Source of the DNA: Lentimicrobiaceae bacterium
GTDB lineage: Bacteria > Bacteroidota > Bacteroidia > Bacteroidales > JAGNHN01
Length of the DNA: 64,000 nt
Assembly (NCBI GenBank): GCA_018001695.1
Contig: JAGNHN010000013.1
Coordinates: 218-64,217, forward strand
Direction of reading: 5' to 3'
Part shown: positions 1 to 9,932 of the stretch, one piece after another
How the letters are laid out: the number at the start of each line of letters is the position of its first letter
How positions within the stretch are numbered: position 1 is the stretch's first letter
The notes under the pieces: generated by a model
Told to the model about the DNA's origin: nothing
The model's input: only the letters and a program-made list of their open reading frames with translations
Database searches by the model: none
Made by a program: the position numbers and the translations under genes

Positions 1-8
1 AGAACCGG

Positions 9-947
9 TTACATCATCTTGCCGCGTTTCATCAGGTAGGGCAGGAGAATCTGGCGGAATCCCTTGCGGATATCGGCTTCAATGATATCGATGCGGTATT
101 GACCGCATTTCAGCTTTAATTCATGATTGAAACGGTGTATTCTTTCCAGGTAGGCTGCCTTGACTTCTGATGGCTGGAGTTTGACTTCCCGTCCACTTTC
201 CAGGTCGATAAAGCGGTGAGGGCGGTTGTCGTATTCGAATTCAAATTCGCGCAGATGATCCGCTACATGGAAAAGGATGACCTCATGCTTGTTATGACGC
301 AGGTGTTGCAAGGCGCCGAAAACCGCTTCCGGATCCGTCATACTGTCCATCATATCACTGAAAATCACCACCAATGAGCGTCTGTGGATCTGTTCAGCGA
401 GCATATGCAATGTGTCCACAACACGGGTGGGCCGCCTTTCGCCGATGGGCAAGGGAGCCAGCAGCTTTTCCATTTCAGTGAAGAGATGTTTGAGGTGTAC
501 GCTGCTCGATTTGGCCTGACTGCTGAAGTCTACCCCCTCTGAGAATACCGTTAGCCCAAAAGCATCGCGCTGACGTTTAAGCAGATACATCATAGCTGCT
601 GCACCATAAATGGCAAAAGTAGCCTTGTTGGGTGTATCACTGCTAACCTTCTCCTGGGCCGGGAAATACATGGAAGAGCTGGCATCCAAAATAATATGGC
701 AGCGGAGATTGGTCTCTTCTTCGTATCGCTTCACATAGAGCCGTTCTGTACGGCCATAAAGCTTCCAGTCGATGTGCTTGGTCGATTCCCCGGTATTGTA
801 TAGCCTGTGTTCCGCAAACTCAACGGAAAAGCCATGAAACGGGCTTTTATGCAGCCCGGTGATAAAGCCTTCCACCACCTGGCGGGCGATCAGCTCCAGG
901 CTGGTAAACTGCTGCAGTCCCTGTTGATTAATGCTATATTCAGCCAT
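9..947 (-). CDS. DUF58 / vWA-like protein (MoxR-associated family)
   Basis: ORF 9..962. The likely true start is the ATG at 947 (MAEYSINQQ...); the track start at 962 is TTG. The strings 'SPFHGFSVEFAEHRLY', 'IDWKLYGRT' and 'ILDASSSM' are typical of DUF58. Confidence 0.75.
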   Translation of the reverse strand: MAEYSINQQGLQQFTSLELIARQVVEGFITGLHKSPFHGFSVEFAEHRLYNTGESTKHIDWKLYGRTERLYVKRYEEETNLRCHIILDASSSMYFPAQEKVSSDTPNKATFAIYGAAAMMYLLKRQRDAFGLTVFSEGVDFSSQAKSSSVHLKHLFTEMEKLLAPLPIGERRPTRVVDTLHMLAEQIHRRSLVVIFSDMMDSMTDPEAVFGALQHLRHNKHEVILFHVADHLREFEFEYDNRPHRFIDLESGREVKLQPSEVKAAYLERIHRFNHELKLKCGQYRIDIIEADIRKGFRQILLPYLMKRGKMM

Positions 948-951
948 GTTT

Positions 952-988
952 GTGAAACGCAAGGGCTGTCAACATGTTGTGACAGCCC
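952..988 (-). terminator. Putative intrinsic terminator after trxA
   Basis: Perfect 9-bp stem GGGCTGTCA/TGACAGCCC (963..971 / 980..988) with an 8-nt loop. On the minus strand it is followed by TTGCGTTTCAC, which is only moderately T-rich. Confidence 0.5.
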
Positions 989-1015
989 CTGTAATGTCTT
1001 GTTCGTGCAGATAAA

Positions 1016-1333
1016 TCAGAGGAGGGCATCCAGCTTGGTAGCCAGGATGGATTTCGGAACGGCACCTACCTGTTTGTCGACGACCTGACCGCCTTTGAAG
1101 AACAGGATGGTGGGGATGTTACGGATCCCGAAGCGGGAAGTAATGCCTGGGTTCTTGTCCACGTCCAGCTTGGCGACCACAGCCTTCCCTTCATATTCTC
1201 TCGCCATTTCTTCCACGATCGGGCCAACCATTTTGCAGGGACCACACCATTCAGCCCAGAGATCAAGCATAACGGGCTTGTCAGACTGCATGACAATGTC
1301 ATCAAAATTCTGATCAGTTAATTGAAGTGCCAT
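1016..1333 (-). CDS. trxA: Thioredoxin
   Basis: 105 aa with the canonical WAEWCGPCK active site and the thioredoxin-fold length. Confidence 0.95.
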   Translation of the reverse strand: MALQLTDQNFDDIVMQSDKPVMLDLWAEWCGPCKMVGPIVEEMAREYEGKAVVAKLDVDKNPGITSRFGIRNIPTILFFKGGQVVDKQVGAVPKSILATKLDALL

Positions 1334-1351
1334 ATCTCAATATGTTTTTTA

Positions 1352-1359
1352 CAAAAGTA
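1352..1359 (-). promoter_or_regulatory. Bacteroidota -7 promoter box (TACTTTTG) for trxA
   Basis: The plus strand reads CAAAAGTA, which is TAnnTTTG on the minus strand. It lies 18 nt upstream of the trxA ATG. Confidence 0.55.
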
Positions 1360-1446
1360 CCTATTTTCATTTTTCATACAAATATTTCCATCATGTAAAC
1401 GCAGCTGTTTTTCGCCTCTTATTGCGGTACGGGATGGCCTCGCGTC

Positions 1447-4320
1447 TTATCCGCTGTGGGTGTGAAAATCCATTGCTGCCTGCTGTAACAAGCGTGTTAC
1501 TGCATCTGCTCCCGCACGGATAAAATACTGTGCATCAATGTTATCAGCCTGGTATTCCAGGAAGTTTCCAGGCTCCTTCCCGTCATGTATTTGCCGGCTT
1601 TGCTGCCATAGGCGAAGCATGGACAGGTTTTTCCAGGCCATGAGGCAAGCCTGCAGGAGGTCGGCATGGAGGTGTTTCCCCTGATACAGGCCCATCATTC
1701 TGTCAACGGTGTGGTTCTCAGTAAGCCCATGTTTCAGGGCATACATGCGCACCAGTCCTGTGAGGGGCAGGAGCAGACGTTTCAGATCTGTAGACGTCGA
1801 TTCCGTTCCACCTGCCACAGCTTGAAAGGGCTTGTATGCCAGCGTCATATGATGAAAGAATATGTCACTGGCATGCAGTCCATGAAGCACGTATTCCTTC
1901 AGTTTCAGGACAAGTGTCTCATCGCCCATGGTGAAGCGGAAATCAAAGAAGATGCTGGTTTCCAGCAGTTCTTCCGGACCAGGTCCACTGATCCATTTAT
2001 GGAAATAATCCTTCCATTGCTGCAGGGGCTGACACCAGGTGGGATTGCCGGCCATATTATTGCCGGGACAAAGCCTGAATCCCGTTTGGGCGAGCATCTC
2101 ATTGACGTGACGACCCAATGCTAAAAAATAAGCCTGAGTCTGGCTCCGGTGTTCATCCGGAACATCTTCGAAGATGATGGCGTTATCCTGGTCGGTGGAG
2201 AAGGTCTGCTCCAACCTGCCGGCGCTGCCTGTCTGGATGAAGGCCCAGGAGCAGGGAGGTGGGGATGTTTCGGCCAGGCAAAGCTGGATGACCCTTTTGC
2301 AAATGGCATCACCCAAAGCGGAAACGAAACGTGTTACGGCACCTGGATCGGCTTTGGCCCAGACCATAAACATGGCAGTCTGCCGGCCTTGTAAGTATAT
2401 TTCTCTCAGCGCCTTTGCAGAACCTGCTTCCGTGATGGCTGCCTGCAGCCCGGAAGGGAGCGCCGACAAGGCGTAGAGCAGGTCCTGGCCGGTTAACATC
2501 CCAACAGCCTCATCTGTCTCCGAAGTGAGTACGAGGCAGGGGGCATTGTTCTGATGAAGGAGCGATACAGCTTCAGCCAGGGGAGTGGTGGCGCGCATGA
2601 AGATGGGGGGCGAATGCATCCAGCGGTAGCAGGGCGTTTCGGCGCTTTCTCCCTGTGCAAGCCTGAACGACAGGCTGTTGGTGTCGATCACTCCCATGGG
2701 TTCCTTCCCTTGCAGCATGACAACCATAACCTGGTTGCCGCTTTCCTTCATGCGTTGCAGCGCAGTTCCTACCGAGTCGGTTTCCCTGCAGCTTGCAAGG
2801 GGGCGCATGCACTGTGCGGCGGGTGCCTGCAGCACAAGGGAAGCAGCATAGGGTGTCAGATCGGGGGATAAGGTCCCGGGTAGCAGGCCTGCAGCGGTCA
2901 TTGGTTCCATGCTGCCCTCACACCAGGGCTCCGTGTTTCCTTCCCGTATGATTTTGATATTTAGTAGAACCCAGCACCTGTCCCCGTTTCTTTTTCGGAT
3001 ACAGACCTCCTGGTTAAAATAATCCTCTCCCGCTGCCAATGAGGCCCGCAGTGTTCTGTATTGCAGCGGGTTGTCGAAGAAAGCATCCAGGCTTAATGTC
3101 AGAATATCCTGAATTCGGGCATATCCCAGCAGGTGGAGCACCGGATCGCTGGCATACAGGAAACGGTTCTTTTTTCCATAGCTGATGCGGAAAAACCCGG
3201 TTTGAACATGCTGGAGCAATGCAGGATGCAATGACAGGGATGCAACTGATGTCAGGCTGCTTACCTGTCGCATGACAGCGAGAACGGCCGGTTGGCCATT
3301 CAGATCGATACGGCTGAGGTCGGTATGCACTTGCAGCGGATACCCTCCGGGTCCTTTGATTTGCGCCGTTGCATGGATGCGTTTGTCCAATGCCCTGTAG
3401 AGCTCTTCTGCCTCTGAGAAGGCAGGCAGGGTTTCAGCGTGAAGGAGATCACCCAGGTTAAGGTAACGGATTTGCTCCTCTTCCTGTCCCAGCCATGATA
3501 GCAGTGTTTTGTTGGCTTGTAATCCGGAGGCTGACCATATCAGCACGCCTTCGGTTGCGGCCTCTGCCAGGGTGCGGTATAGTTCCCTTGATTTGCGCAC
3601 CTCGTCCTCGGCTGCCTGGCGACGCGCTTCGATGCGGTGGCTGTGGCGGGATACCAGCATAAGCAGGATAATAATTACAAGGCCGATAGCGCCGGAGATG
3701 ATGACAGCACGAATGATGATGGCGCGAATTTCTGAGCGGACATCCTCCACATAGATGCCTGTTCCGATCACCCAGTTCCAGGGCTTGAACAGCCTGACAT
3801 AGGATAATTTGGGTACGATGCGGGTGGAATCATCGTTCCATTGCCACATATAGGTTACATAATTCTCACCGGAAGCGGAGACTGCGTTGACAAAATCCAC
3901 GAAAATGAGTTTTCCCCTGGAGTCTTTGAAATCAGACAGATCTGATCCTGTCAGTTCCTGGCGATAGGGATGCATCAGCATCTTCGGTTGCAGGTCCGTG
4001 ATCCAGAAATAGTCCTTCAATTCCGCGCCGTACCGTATGCTGGAGATGGCCTGCAGTGCCTGTGCCTGCGCGGCTTCGGTAGTCAGTTGGCCCGTTGTTT
4101 CCAAGCTGTGGTGGTATTGCACCACACTGAAAGCGGTGGCTGAGATCTCATGAATGAGGTCCCGTTTCTTTTCCATCATCACCGTCTTAAAGCCGGGAAT
4201 CAGGTATAGGAAGATCAGGCCGGCAAAGAGGGCAAAGGCAAGCCAGACAGGGAGGTCGATCCTGAGCCACAACCGTTGATTGATACCTGTCTTGCCAGGG
4301 ATTAAGGAGCGCTTGATCAT
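1447..4320 (-). CDS. Membrane sensor: TM-Cache-TM, PAS-like regions, CBS pair, DUF294/GlnD-like nucleotidyltransferase plus DUF294_C
   Basis: 957 aa. Two hydrophobic helices flank a Cache-like block ('IRYGAELKDYFWITD...HPY...WVIGTGIYVEDV'). Downstream come a CBS-like pair and the NTase signature 'GSAGRLEQTFSTDQDNAIIFED'. Confidence 0.8.
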   Translation of the reverse strand: MIKRSLIPGKTGINQRLWLRIDLPVWLAFALFAGLIFLYLIPGFKTVMMEKKRDLIHEISATAFSVVQYHHSLETTGQLTTEAAQAQALQAISSIRYGAELKDYFWITDLQPKMLMHPYRQELTGSDLSDFKDSRGKLIFVDFVNAVSASGENYVTYMWQWNDDSTRIVPKLSYVRLFKPWNWVIGTGIYVEDVRSEIRAIIIRAVIISGAIGLVIIILLMLVSRHSHRIEARRQAAEDEVRKSRELYRTLAEAATEGVLIWSASGLQANKTLLSWLGQEEEQIRYLNLGDLLHAETLPAFSEAEELYRALDKRIHATAQIKGPGGYPLQVHTDLSRIDLNGQPAVLAVMRQVSSLTSVASLSLHPALLQHVQTGFFRISYGKKNRFLYASDPVLHLLGYARIQDILTLSLDAFFDNPLQYRTLRASLAAGEDYFNQEVCIRKRNGDRCWVLLNIKIIREGNTEPWCEGSMEPMTAAGLLPGTLSPDLTPYAASLVLQAPAAQCMRPLASCRETDSVGTALQRMKESGNQVMVVMLQGKEPMGVIDTNSLSFRLAQGESAETPCYRWMHSPPIFMRATTPLAEAVSLLHQNNAPCLVLTSETDEAVGMLTGQDLLYALSALPSGLQAAITEAGSAKALREIYLQGRQTAMFMVWAKADPGAVTRFVSALGDAICKRVIQLCLAETSPPPCSWAFIQTGSAGRLEQTFSTDQDNAIIFEDVPDEHRSQTQAYFLALGRHVNEMLAQTGFRLCPGNNMAGNPTWCQPLQQWKDYFHKWISGPGPEELLETSIFFDFRFTMGDETLVLKLKEYVLHGLHASDIFFHHMTLAYKPFQAVAGGTESTSTDLKRLLLPLTGLVRMYALKHGLTENHTVDRMMGLYQGKHLHADLLQACLMAWKNLSMLRLWQQSRQIHDGKEPGNFLEYQADNIDAQYFIRAGADAVTRLLQQAAMDFHTHSG

Positions 4321-5084
4321 GAGGAGGTATAAACGATGTGAAGATGGCGGTTTTGGGTGTCCAGAATACTGAATCCTGCTTTGCCGGCACTTCCTGATAC
4401 AGGAGGCAGGAGTATGGCAGCCGTTTTATTGTCCAGGAAGATGGACTCAGACGGAATCGGGTGGATCGCTTTGAAGATGGACCTGCGCCCGGGAAAGGCA
4501 AATTCCGGGAATGAGGTATGTGCATGACCACAGAAAGCGTAGAGCAGTCCCTGTTGTGTCATGAATTGCCAAAGGTCCTGCAGGTGATGATGACGTTCCA
4601 TGTACTGGGTTGTCGACCCGGTGAAGTCAGGGTAGAGGTAGTGCGAAAACAGGAGTTTTTGCCCGTTTTCATTAAGGACAAGGAATTCAGGCAGGGAGTG
4701 TATATACGCAATATCCTGATCGTCAAGGTCATTGTCGGCTTCGTGTTCAAATGTCCACACCTTTCCTCTGGATACCTTTTTTCGTTCCTGCGCTGACATC
4801 TCAAACCAGGTAGCAGGGAATTCGAAACCATTGGCATGCTGAGGGATCCTTTTGGCGGCATAGAGGTCGTGGTTACCGGCAACGACCCAGCGGCAGTGGG
4901 TCCGTATCAGTTCCAGGCTGCGCCTGGCGCTCCGTTGTGCGGGTTTATGGTGGAAACGTGTGTCTAAACCAACGATATCGCCCAGGCAGGCCACTTCGTC
5001 GCATCCCTTCATCTCAGCCTGCCGCAGGATATTCTCCAAGGTCAGGTTGTGTTCATGGATATCGGTGATCAGGGCGATTTTCAT
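4317..5084 (-). CDS. Calcineurin-like metallophosphoesterase
   Basis: Motifs in the canonical order: 'DIHEH', 'LGDIVG', 'AGNHD', 'CGHAH'. The stop overlaps the downstream sensor start (ATGA at 4317..4320). Confidence 0.8.
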   Translation of the reverse strand: MKIALITDIHEHNLTLENILRQAEMKGCDEVACLGDIVGLDTRFHHKPAQRSARRSLELIRTHCRWVVAGNHDLYAAKRIPQHANGFEFPATWFEMSAQERKKVSRGKVWTFEHEADNDLDDQDIAYIHSLPEFLVLNENGQKLLFSHYLYPDFTGSTTQYMERHHHLQDLWQFMTQQGLLYAFCGHAHTSFPEFAFPGRRSIFKAIHPIPSESIFLDNKTAAILLPPVSGSAGKAGFSILDTQNRHLHIVYTSS

Positions 5085-5275
5085 GGGAAAGGCTTAGCTT
5101 TGCCAGCGGAATCCTCTTATTTTCGATGAAAATTAGCAATATTCCGCCATGTTTTGTGTTTTTAGACAAGATTTTGCGCTGAAAGATTTGTGATGGAGCG
5201 GATGGTGGATTTCTTTAAAAGGTTCTCATTTTCTGATAACAACATAAAAATCTTTCATTTATAAGAAAATAGTTC

Positions 5276-5283
5276 TATTTTTG
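5276..5283 (+). promoter_or_regulatory. Bacteroidota -7 promoter box (TATTTTTG) for rpsP-rimM
   Basis: Exact TAnnTTTG, 94 nt upstream of the rpsP ATG at 5378. Confidence 0.5.
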
Positions 5284-5377
5284 CACCCCCAAATCCTGTA
5301 GGTCGTGTACCTCTTGGGAAACGGTAACCGGACGTTGCGAATTTCCGGAATTGTTGAAAATTAATGATTTAGTTAAG

Positions 5378-5950
5378 ATGCCTGCTAAAATTAGATTGCA
5401 GAGAAGAGGAAAAAAGGGGCAACCTTTCTATCACATCGTCATCGCGGATGCACGTGCGCCGCGCGATGGTAGGTTTATCGAAAAAATTGGGACGTACAAT
5501 CCTTTGACCCGCCCGGCCGATATCCAGTTGGATTTTGACCGCGCGCTGACATGGCTCCAGGATGGTGCTCAACCTACGGATACCGTCAGAGCCATTCTGG
5601 GTTATACGGGTGTATTGTACCGCCGTCATTTGTTGCGTGGTGTTGAAAAGGGCGCTATCTCACAGGAGATGGCCGATATGAAGTTCGCAAGCTGGAAAGA
5701 AGAAAAGCTGGGCAAGATCGAACACAAGCGCAAGGAACAAGAGCTGAAGAAGAAGCAGGGAAGCAAGGAAAGACTGGAAGCAGAGCGTCAGGTAAATGAA
5801 AAGCGTGCTGCTGAGATTGCCAAGCGTCGCCTCGCCGAAGTGGAGGCCCAGACTGGCAGAGCAGCTGCTGTTGCTGAACATGTTGCAGAAGAAGCGCCGG
5901 CACCCGAAGCAGAAGCCGGTGAAGAAAACACTGCCCCTGCTGCTGAATAA
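5378..5950 (+). CDS. rpsP: 30S ribosomal protein S16 with a long charged C-terminal extension
   Basis: '[24 protein letters not shown]...[14 protein letters not shown]' is the S16 core. The track start at 5351 is an upstream alternative codon. Confidence 0.95.
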   Translation: MPAKIRLQRRGKKGQPFYHIVIADARAPRDGRFIEKIGTYNPLTRPADIQLDFDRALTWLQDGAQPTDTVRAILGYTGVLYRRHLLRGVEKGAISQEMADMKFASWKEEKLGKIEHKRKEQELKKKQGSKERLEAERQVNEKRAAEIAKRRLAEVEAQTGRAAAVAEHVAEEAPAPEAEAGEENTAPAAE

Positions 5951-5985
5951 ACAGGCTAATAATCCGCAGCGGCCCTGAGGAAGAC

Positions 5986-6519
5986 ATGAGCGCACCCAAC
6001 CTCATCCCAATAGGCCGGGTCCTTAAGACCTTCGGATACCGCGGCGAGATTATCGCAGAGATCTTCAGCGAAGATCCCTGGCAATACAAAGACCTCACAT
6101 CCGTGTTTCTTGAGATCCAAGGGACACGGATTCCTTTTTTTATTGAGTCGCTGACGATACGGCCGGACCAGACCCTTAGACTGAAGCTGAGGCAAATCAA
6201 CACTCCTGAGGAAGCGGCACGTATCATCCAATGCCGTGTCTTCGGCCCCCCTCCACCCGTGCAGCAGGACGATGAAATCAGCTATGATGCACTGATTGGA
6301 TTCAGGATCACGGATGTTCGCTATGGTGAGATCGGCATCCTGCAGCGGATTCTGGAGCATGGAGAGCAGGATGTGATGGTCGTGGATGCTGCAGGCACAG
6401 AGGTACTAATCCCCCTGGTGGAAGAGTTTATCGTTGAAGTGGATGTCGACGGTCGCAGGATCGTTCTGGAAACACCGGAGGGCCTTATCGAACTTTATCT
6501 CCATCCCGATGCTGGCTGA
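5986..6519 (+). CDS. rimM: 16S rRNA processing protein RimM
   Basis: 'IPIGRVLKTFGYRGEI' N-terminus, a PRC-barrel-like C-terminus, and the classical position after rpsP. Confidence 0.9.
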   Translation: MSAPNLIPIGRVLKTFGYRGEIIAEIFSEDPWQYKDLTSVFLEIQGTRIPFFIESLTIRPDQTLRLKLRQINTPEEAARIIQCRVFGPPPPVQQDDEISYDALIGFRITDVRYGEIGILQRILEHGEQDVMVVDAAGTEVLIPLVEEFIVEVDVDGRRIVLETPEGLIELYLHPDAG

Positions 6520-7228
6520 GCAGCCTGACAGTTTTGCCCTTAAGCAGTTTCGCCTGCATCATCTCCAATCCAGTATGAAAGTCGGCACCGACGCCGTGCT
6601 TTTGGGTGCCTGGGCTCCCACTCCCGAACAAGAACGCGTGCTGGATGTCGGAACGGGCTGCGGGATACTGGCTCTGTTGCTGGCCCAAAGAGGCGCCAGC
6701 CATGTGGATGCCATCGATCCTGACCAACCTTCGGTCGAAGAAGCCCGGCTGAACTTTGCTAACTCACCCTGGAAGGAAAAACTTCACGTTCATCACATCA
6801 AACTACAGGATTATCGCGGCATTCCAGGTGGTTATTCCCTTATGATCTGCAATCCGCCGTATTTCCGCCAACACCTCACCAGTGAAGCCCGTCGCCGCGC
6901 TACGGCCCGTCATGACTTCCTCCTTCCACCCGAAGATCTTGCCTTGCACGCAGTACGATTGGGTTCGGACAATAGCCGTATCTGTCTTATCTATAAAACC
7001 AGATTCTTTAATGACCTGCTTTATGCCATGGCGCAAGGAGGATGGTTCTTACACCGCCGTCAGGATGTCGTAGGCTGTCCGGGCGGACAAATTACTTTAA
7101 CGTTGAGTGAATGGAGGCGGCAGCCTGCCGACGTAATAACTATGCCTGTATTGAAGATCAGAGATGATGACGGAAGCTGGCATCCGGATTACCGCAACCT
7201 CACCTCGGCATTCTATCCGCATTTTTAG
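6509..7228 (+). CDS. tRNA1(Val) (adenine37-N6)-methyltransferase-like SAM methyltransferase
   Basis: 'FALKQFRLHH..SSMKVGTDAVLLGAWAP', 'DVGTGCGILALLLAQR' (SAM-binding loop) and 'NPPYF' resemble YfiC/TrmN6. The ATG at 6509 overlaps the rimM end by 11 nt. Confidence 0.8.
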   Translation: MLAEQPDSFALKQFRLHHLQSSMKVGTDAVLLGAWAPTPEQERVLDVGTGCGILALLLAQRGASHVDAIDPDQPSVEEARLNFANSPWKEKLHVHHIKLQDYRGIPGGYSLMICNPPYFRQHLTSEARRRATARHDFLLPPEDLALHAVRLGSDNSRICLIYKTRFFNDLLYAMAQGGWFLHRRQDVVGCPGGQITLTLSEWRRQPADVITMPVLKIRDDDGSWHPDYRNLTSAFYPHF

Positions 7229-7356
7229 GCATATTCAATACAATGTGGAGTAGATAAAAGCATGGCTGTCCCTGGCTTGTTGAAAAAAACCTACCTTCAC
7301 AGTGTAAATTTCCAGTACACACCCGCTCTTTTCCAATCTATCATAAGTTTAATGAT

Positions 7357-8985
7357 ATGAAGAAGATCATTGTTTTCTTTGCCCTTTTGAGCTTCAGCAG
7401 CGTAACAATGGCGCAGTTGCTGCCTGTAACCTTTGACCTGCGCAATGTGAATGGGCAGAATTATGTGACCTCAGTGAAATCGCAGCAAGGCGGAACCTGC
7501 TGGACCCACGGCGCCATGGCAGCCATGGAAGGCAATCTGAAAATGACCGGAGTCTGGACAGCAGCCGGGGAAACCGGCGAGCCCAACCTTGCTGAATATC
7601 ACCTGGATTGGTGGAACGGGTTTAACGAGCATTTCAATGAGGATATCGTGCCACCTACCGGAACAGGGCTGACCGTACATATGGGTGGGGATTACCGGGT
7701 GACAGCAGCTTACCTCAGCCGGGGTGAGGGTGCCGTACGTCAGACAGATGCCCCAAGCTATAGCAGTCCATCACTGCGCCATGACGCTTCCTACCATTAT
7801 TATTATCCCCGCCGCATTGAATGGTATACGGCAGGACAGTCGCTGCAGCACATCGGACTGATCAAGCAGAAGCTGATGGACCATGGTGTGATAGGTACCT
7901 GTATGCTGTATGAAGGGGGATTGATTAATAATCAATATGTTCATTATCAACCTGCCAGCTATCAGGCTGACCCAAATCATGCCGTTGCGATCGTGGGTTG
8001 GGACGATAACAAAGTAACCCAGGCAAGTCAGGCTGGTGCCTGGCTGTGCAAGAACTCCTGGGGTGCCAGCTGGGGTTTGTCGGGTTATTTCTGGATATCA
8101 TATTATGACTTGCACTGTGGACAAAATCCTGAGATGGGTTCCATCTCCTTCCAGGAAGTGGAGCCACTGGCCTATGATCATTTTTATTATCACGATTACC
8201 ATGGCTGGAGGGATACAGCTACAGGTATACAGGAGGCCATGAATGCCTTTACCACCTCAGCCGATCATCAGATAAAAGCCATAAGTTTCTTTACCGCCGG
8301 CGACTCCGTTGATTTCACAGCAGTGATCTACAATACGTTCGCCGCTGGCGTCCTGAGCGATACCCTGGCTGTAGTTTCCGGACGTTGTGACCATAGCGGT
8401 CTTCATACGGTCGACCTGCCGGTTTCTGTGCATACATTGAGTGGAAACGATTTTTACGTTTACCTGTGGCTTTCGCACGGTGGGCAACCATACGATAGAA
8501 CCTCGGAAGTACCTGTTCTGCTGGGCAGCGATCAGCGTGTAGTGGTGCCTTCCACTGCCGGACCCGGACAGAGTTGGTACAGGGACGGAAACACCTGGAT
8601 GGACTTGTATTCTGCCAATCTTCCGCAGTATCCCGGGACAGCGAATTTCTGCATCAAAGCACTGGCCATTCTCGATCCTTCTGCCGGCGATGCCAGTCAT
8701 CCATCTCCATCCGGTGTGGTATTGCTGGAGCCCATGCCAAATCCTGCGTCCGGCCGGGTGAGCATACGCTATCGCCTTACGCAGCCAGGGCAGGTTAGTT
8801 TGAGTATTTATGATATTCAGGGTAACCTGGTTCACCGTCCGTTGCAGTCATTCAGGCCTGAAGGGGTATCGGTTCTGGAGTGGACCATACGTCATCAGGA
8901 TGGTTCTTATCCTGCCAAGGGGCTGTATCTTGTGGTGCTGGAGCAGGGCAAATACCGGGTTACCCGGCGACTGGTCATACAATAG
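7357..8985 (+). CDS. Papain-family (C1) cysteine peptidase with a T9SS type-A C-terminal sorting domain
   Basis: Signal peptide. Catalytic Cys context '[10 protein letters not shown]', His '[10 protein letters not shown]', Asn 'KNSWGASWG'. The C-terminus '[16 protein letters not shown]...[10 protein letters not shown]' is a Por-type sorting domain. Confidence 0.85.
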   Translation: MKKIIVFFALLSFSSVTMAQLLPVTFDLRNVNGQNYVTSVKSQQGGTCWTHGAMAAMEGNLKMTGVWTAAGETGEPNLAEYHLDWWNGFNEHFNEDIVPPTGTGLTVHMGGDYRVTAAYLSRGEGAVRQTDAPSYSSPSLRHDASYHYYYPRRIEWYTAGQSLQHIGLIKQKLMDHGVIGTCMLYEGGLINNQYVHYQPASYQADPNHAVAIVGWDDNKVTQASQAGAWLCKNSWGASWGLSGYFWISYYDLHCGQNPEMGSISFQEVEPLAYDHFYYHDYHGWRDTATGIQEAMNAFTTSADHQIKAISFFTAGDSVDFTAVIYNTFAAGVLSDTLAVVSGRCDHSGLHTVDLPVSVHTLSGNDFYVYLWLSHGGQPYDRTSEVPVLLGSDQRVVVPSTAGPGQSWYRDGNTWMDLYSANLPQYPGTANFCIKALAILDPSAGDASHPSPSGVVLLEPMPNPASGRVSIRYRLTQPGQVSLSIYDIQGNLVHRPLQSFRPEGVSVLEWTIRHQDGSYPAKGLYLVVLEQGKYRVTRRLVIQ

Positions 8986-9010
8986 GTAACAGATTAATCA
9001 TACATGCATC

Positions 9011-9922
9011 ATGGCCATACCCACCACACGTACCCATGAGCCCGGGATCATCAGCATAGATACGGAGCTTTGCGAAGGATGCGGTCTTTGCGTTGAGGTC
9101 TGCAAGGATTTCAGCCTAGAAATGAAGGATGGCAAGGTCTCCAAATCATCCCGGCCACTATTTGGATGCATCGGCTGCGGGCATTGCATGGCAATCTGCC
9201 CGACCGGTGCGATTCAGGTCTCTGGTCGTACCTTGTCACCGGATGATCTCTTCGAACTTCCACCCAGGGACACCACTGCCGGTTATGCTCCCTTGCTGAA
9301 CCTGCTGAAACGCCGCCGGAGCATAAGGGAGTATACAACAAGACCGGTGGAGCAGGATAAGATCCAGATGATCCTTGATGCGGCTGTGACGGCACCAATG
9401 GGACTGCCACCATCGGATGTGCATGTCCGCGTTTTCGATGCAGAAGCATTGCGGCAATTCTCGCAGGATTATTGTACCCACCTTGAAGGGATGAAATGGT
9501 TTGTGTCTTCCTGGTTCCTGGCGCTTATGCGCCCGTTCTGGGGGAAAGCCAACGATAAGATGTTCCGGAGCTTCGTGCGTCCCCTCTTTGAAGTGTATAT
9601 CAACAGTATGAAAAACGGTCAGAATGTCGTGACCTATGACGCACCCCTGGGGATGTATTTCTATAGCTCTCCTTACGCTGATCCGGCCGATCCACTCATT
9701 GCCGCTACCTATGCCATGCTGGCGGGCGAGACCCTGGGACTGGGAACCTGCATGTTAGGGGGCATTCACCCTTTAATACAAAATGGCAGATCTGCGGCCC
9801 GCCTGCGGGAAAAGCACAAAATCCGCTACAAAAGCCGGGAAGGTTTGTTTGTGATATTTGGCTACCCTGCCGTGCATTACGACAAAGGTCTGAGCAGGAG
9901 TTTCGCGGCAGTGGATTTTTAG
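9011..9922 (+). CDS. 2x[4Fe-4S] ferredoxin domain fused to a nitroreductase-family domain
   Basis: 'CEGCGLCVEVC' and 'CIGCGHCMAIC' clusters, then a nitroreductase-like 'RRSIREYT..PV' block. Confidence 0.7.
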   Translation: MAIPTTRTHEPGIISIDTELCEGCGLCVEVCKDFSLEMKDGKVSKSSRPLFGCIGCGHCMAICPTGAIQVSGRTLSPDDLFELPPRDTTAGYAPLLNLLKRRRSIREYTTRPVEQDKIQMILDAAVTAPMGLPPSDVHVRVFDAEALRQFSQDYCTHLEGMKWFVSSWFLALMRPFWGKANDKMFRSFVRPLFEVYINSMKNGQNVVTYDAPLGMYFYSSPYADPADPLIAATYAMLAGETLGLGTCMLGGIHPLIQNGRSAARLREKHKIRYKSREGLFVIFGYPAVHYDKGLSRSFAAVDF

Positions 9923-9932
9923 TTTGGTGATT

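Noticed and set aside
5680-5950. A Lys/Glu/Ala-rich C-terminal extension of about 90 aa on ribosomal protein S16.
   Set aside because: Extended S16 tails are a known lineage feature of Bacteroidota, so this is not novel.
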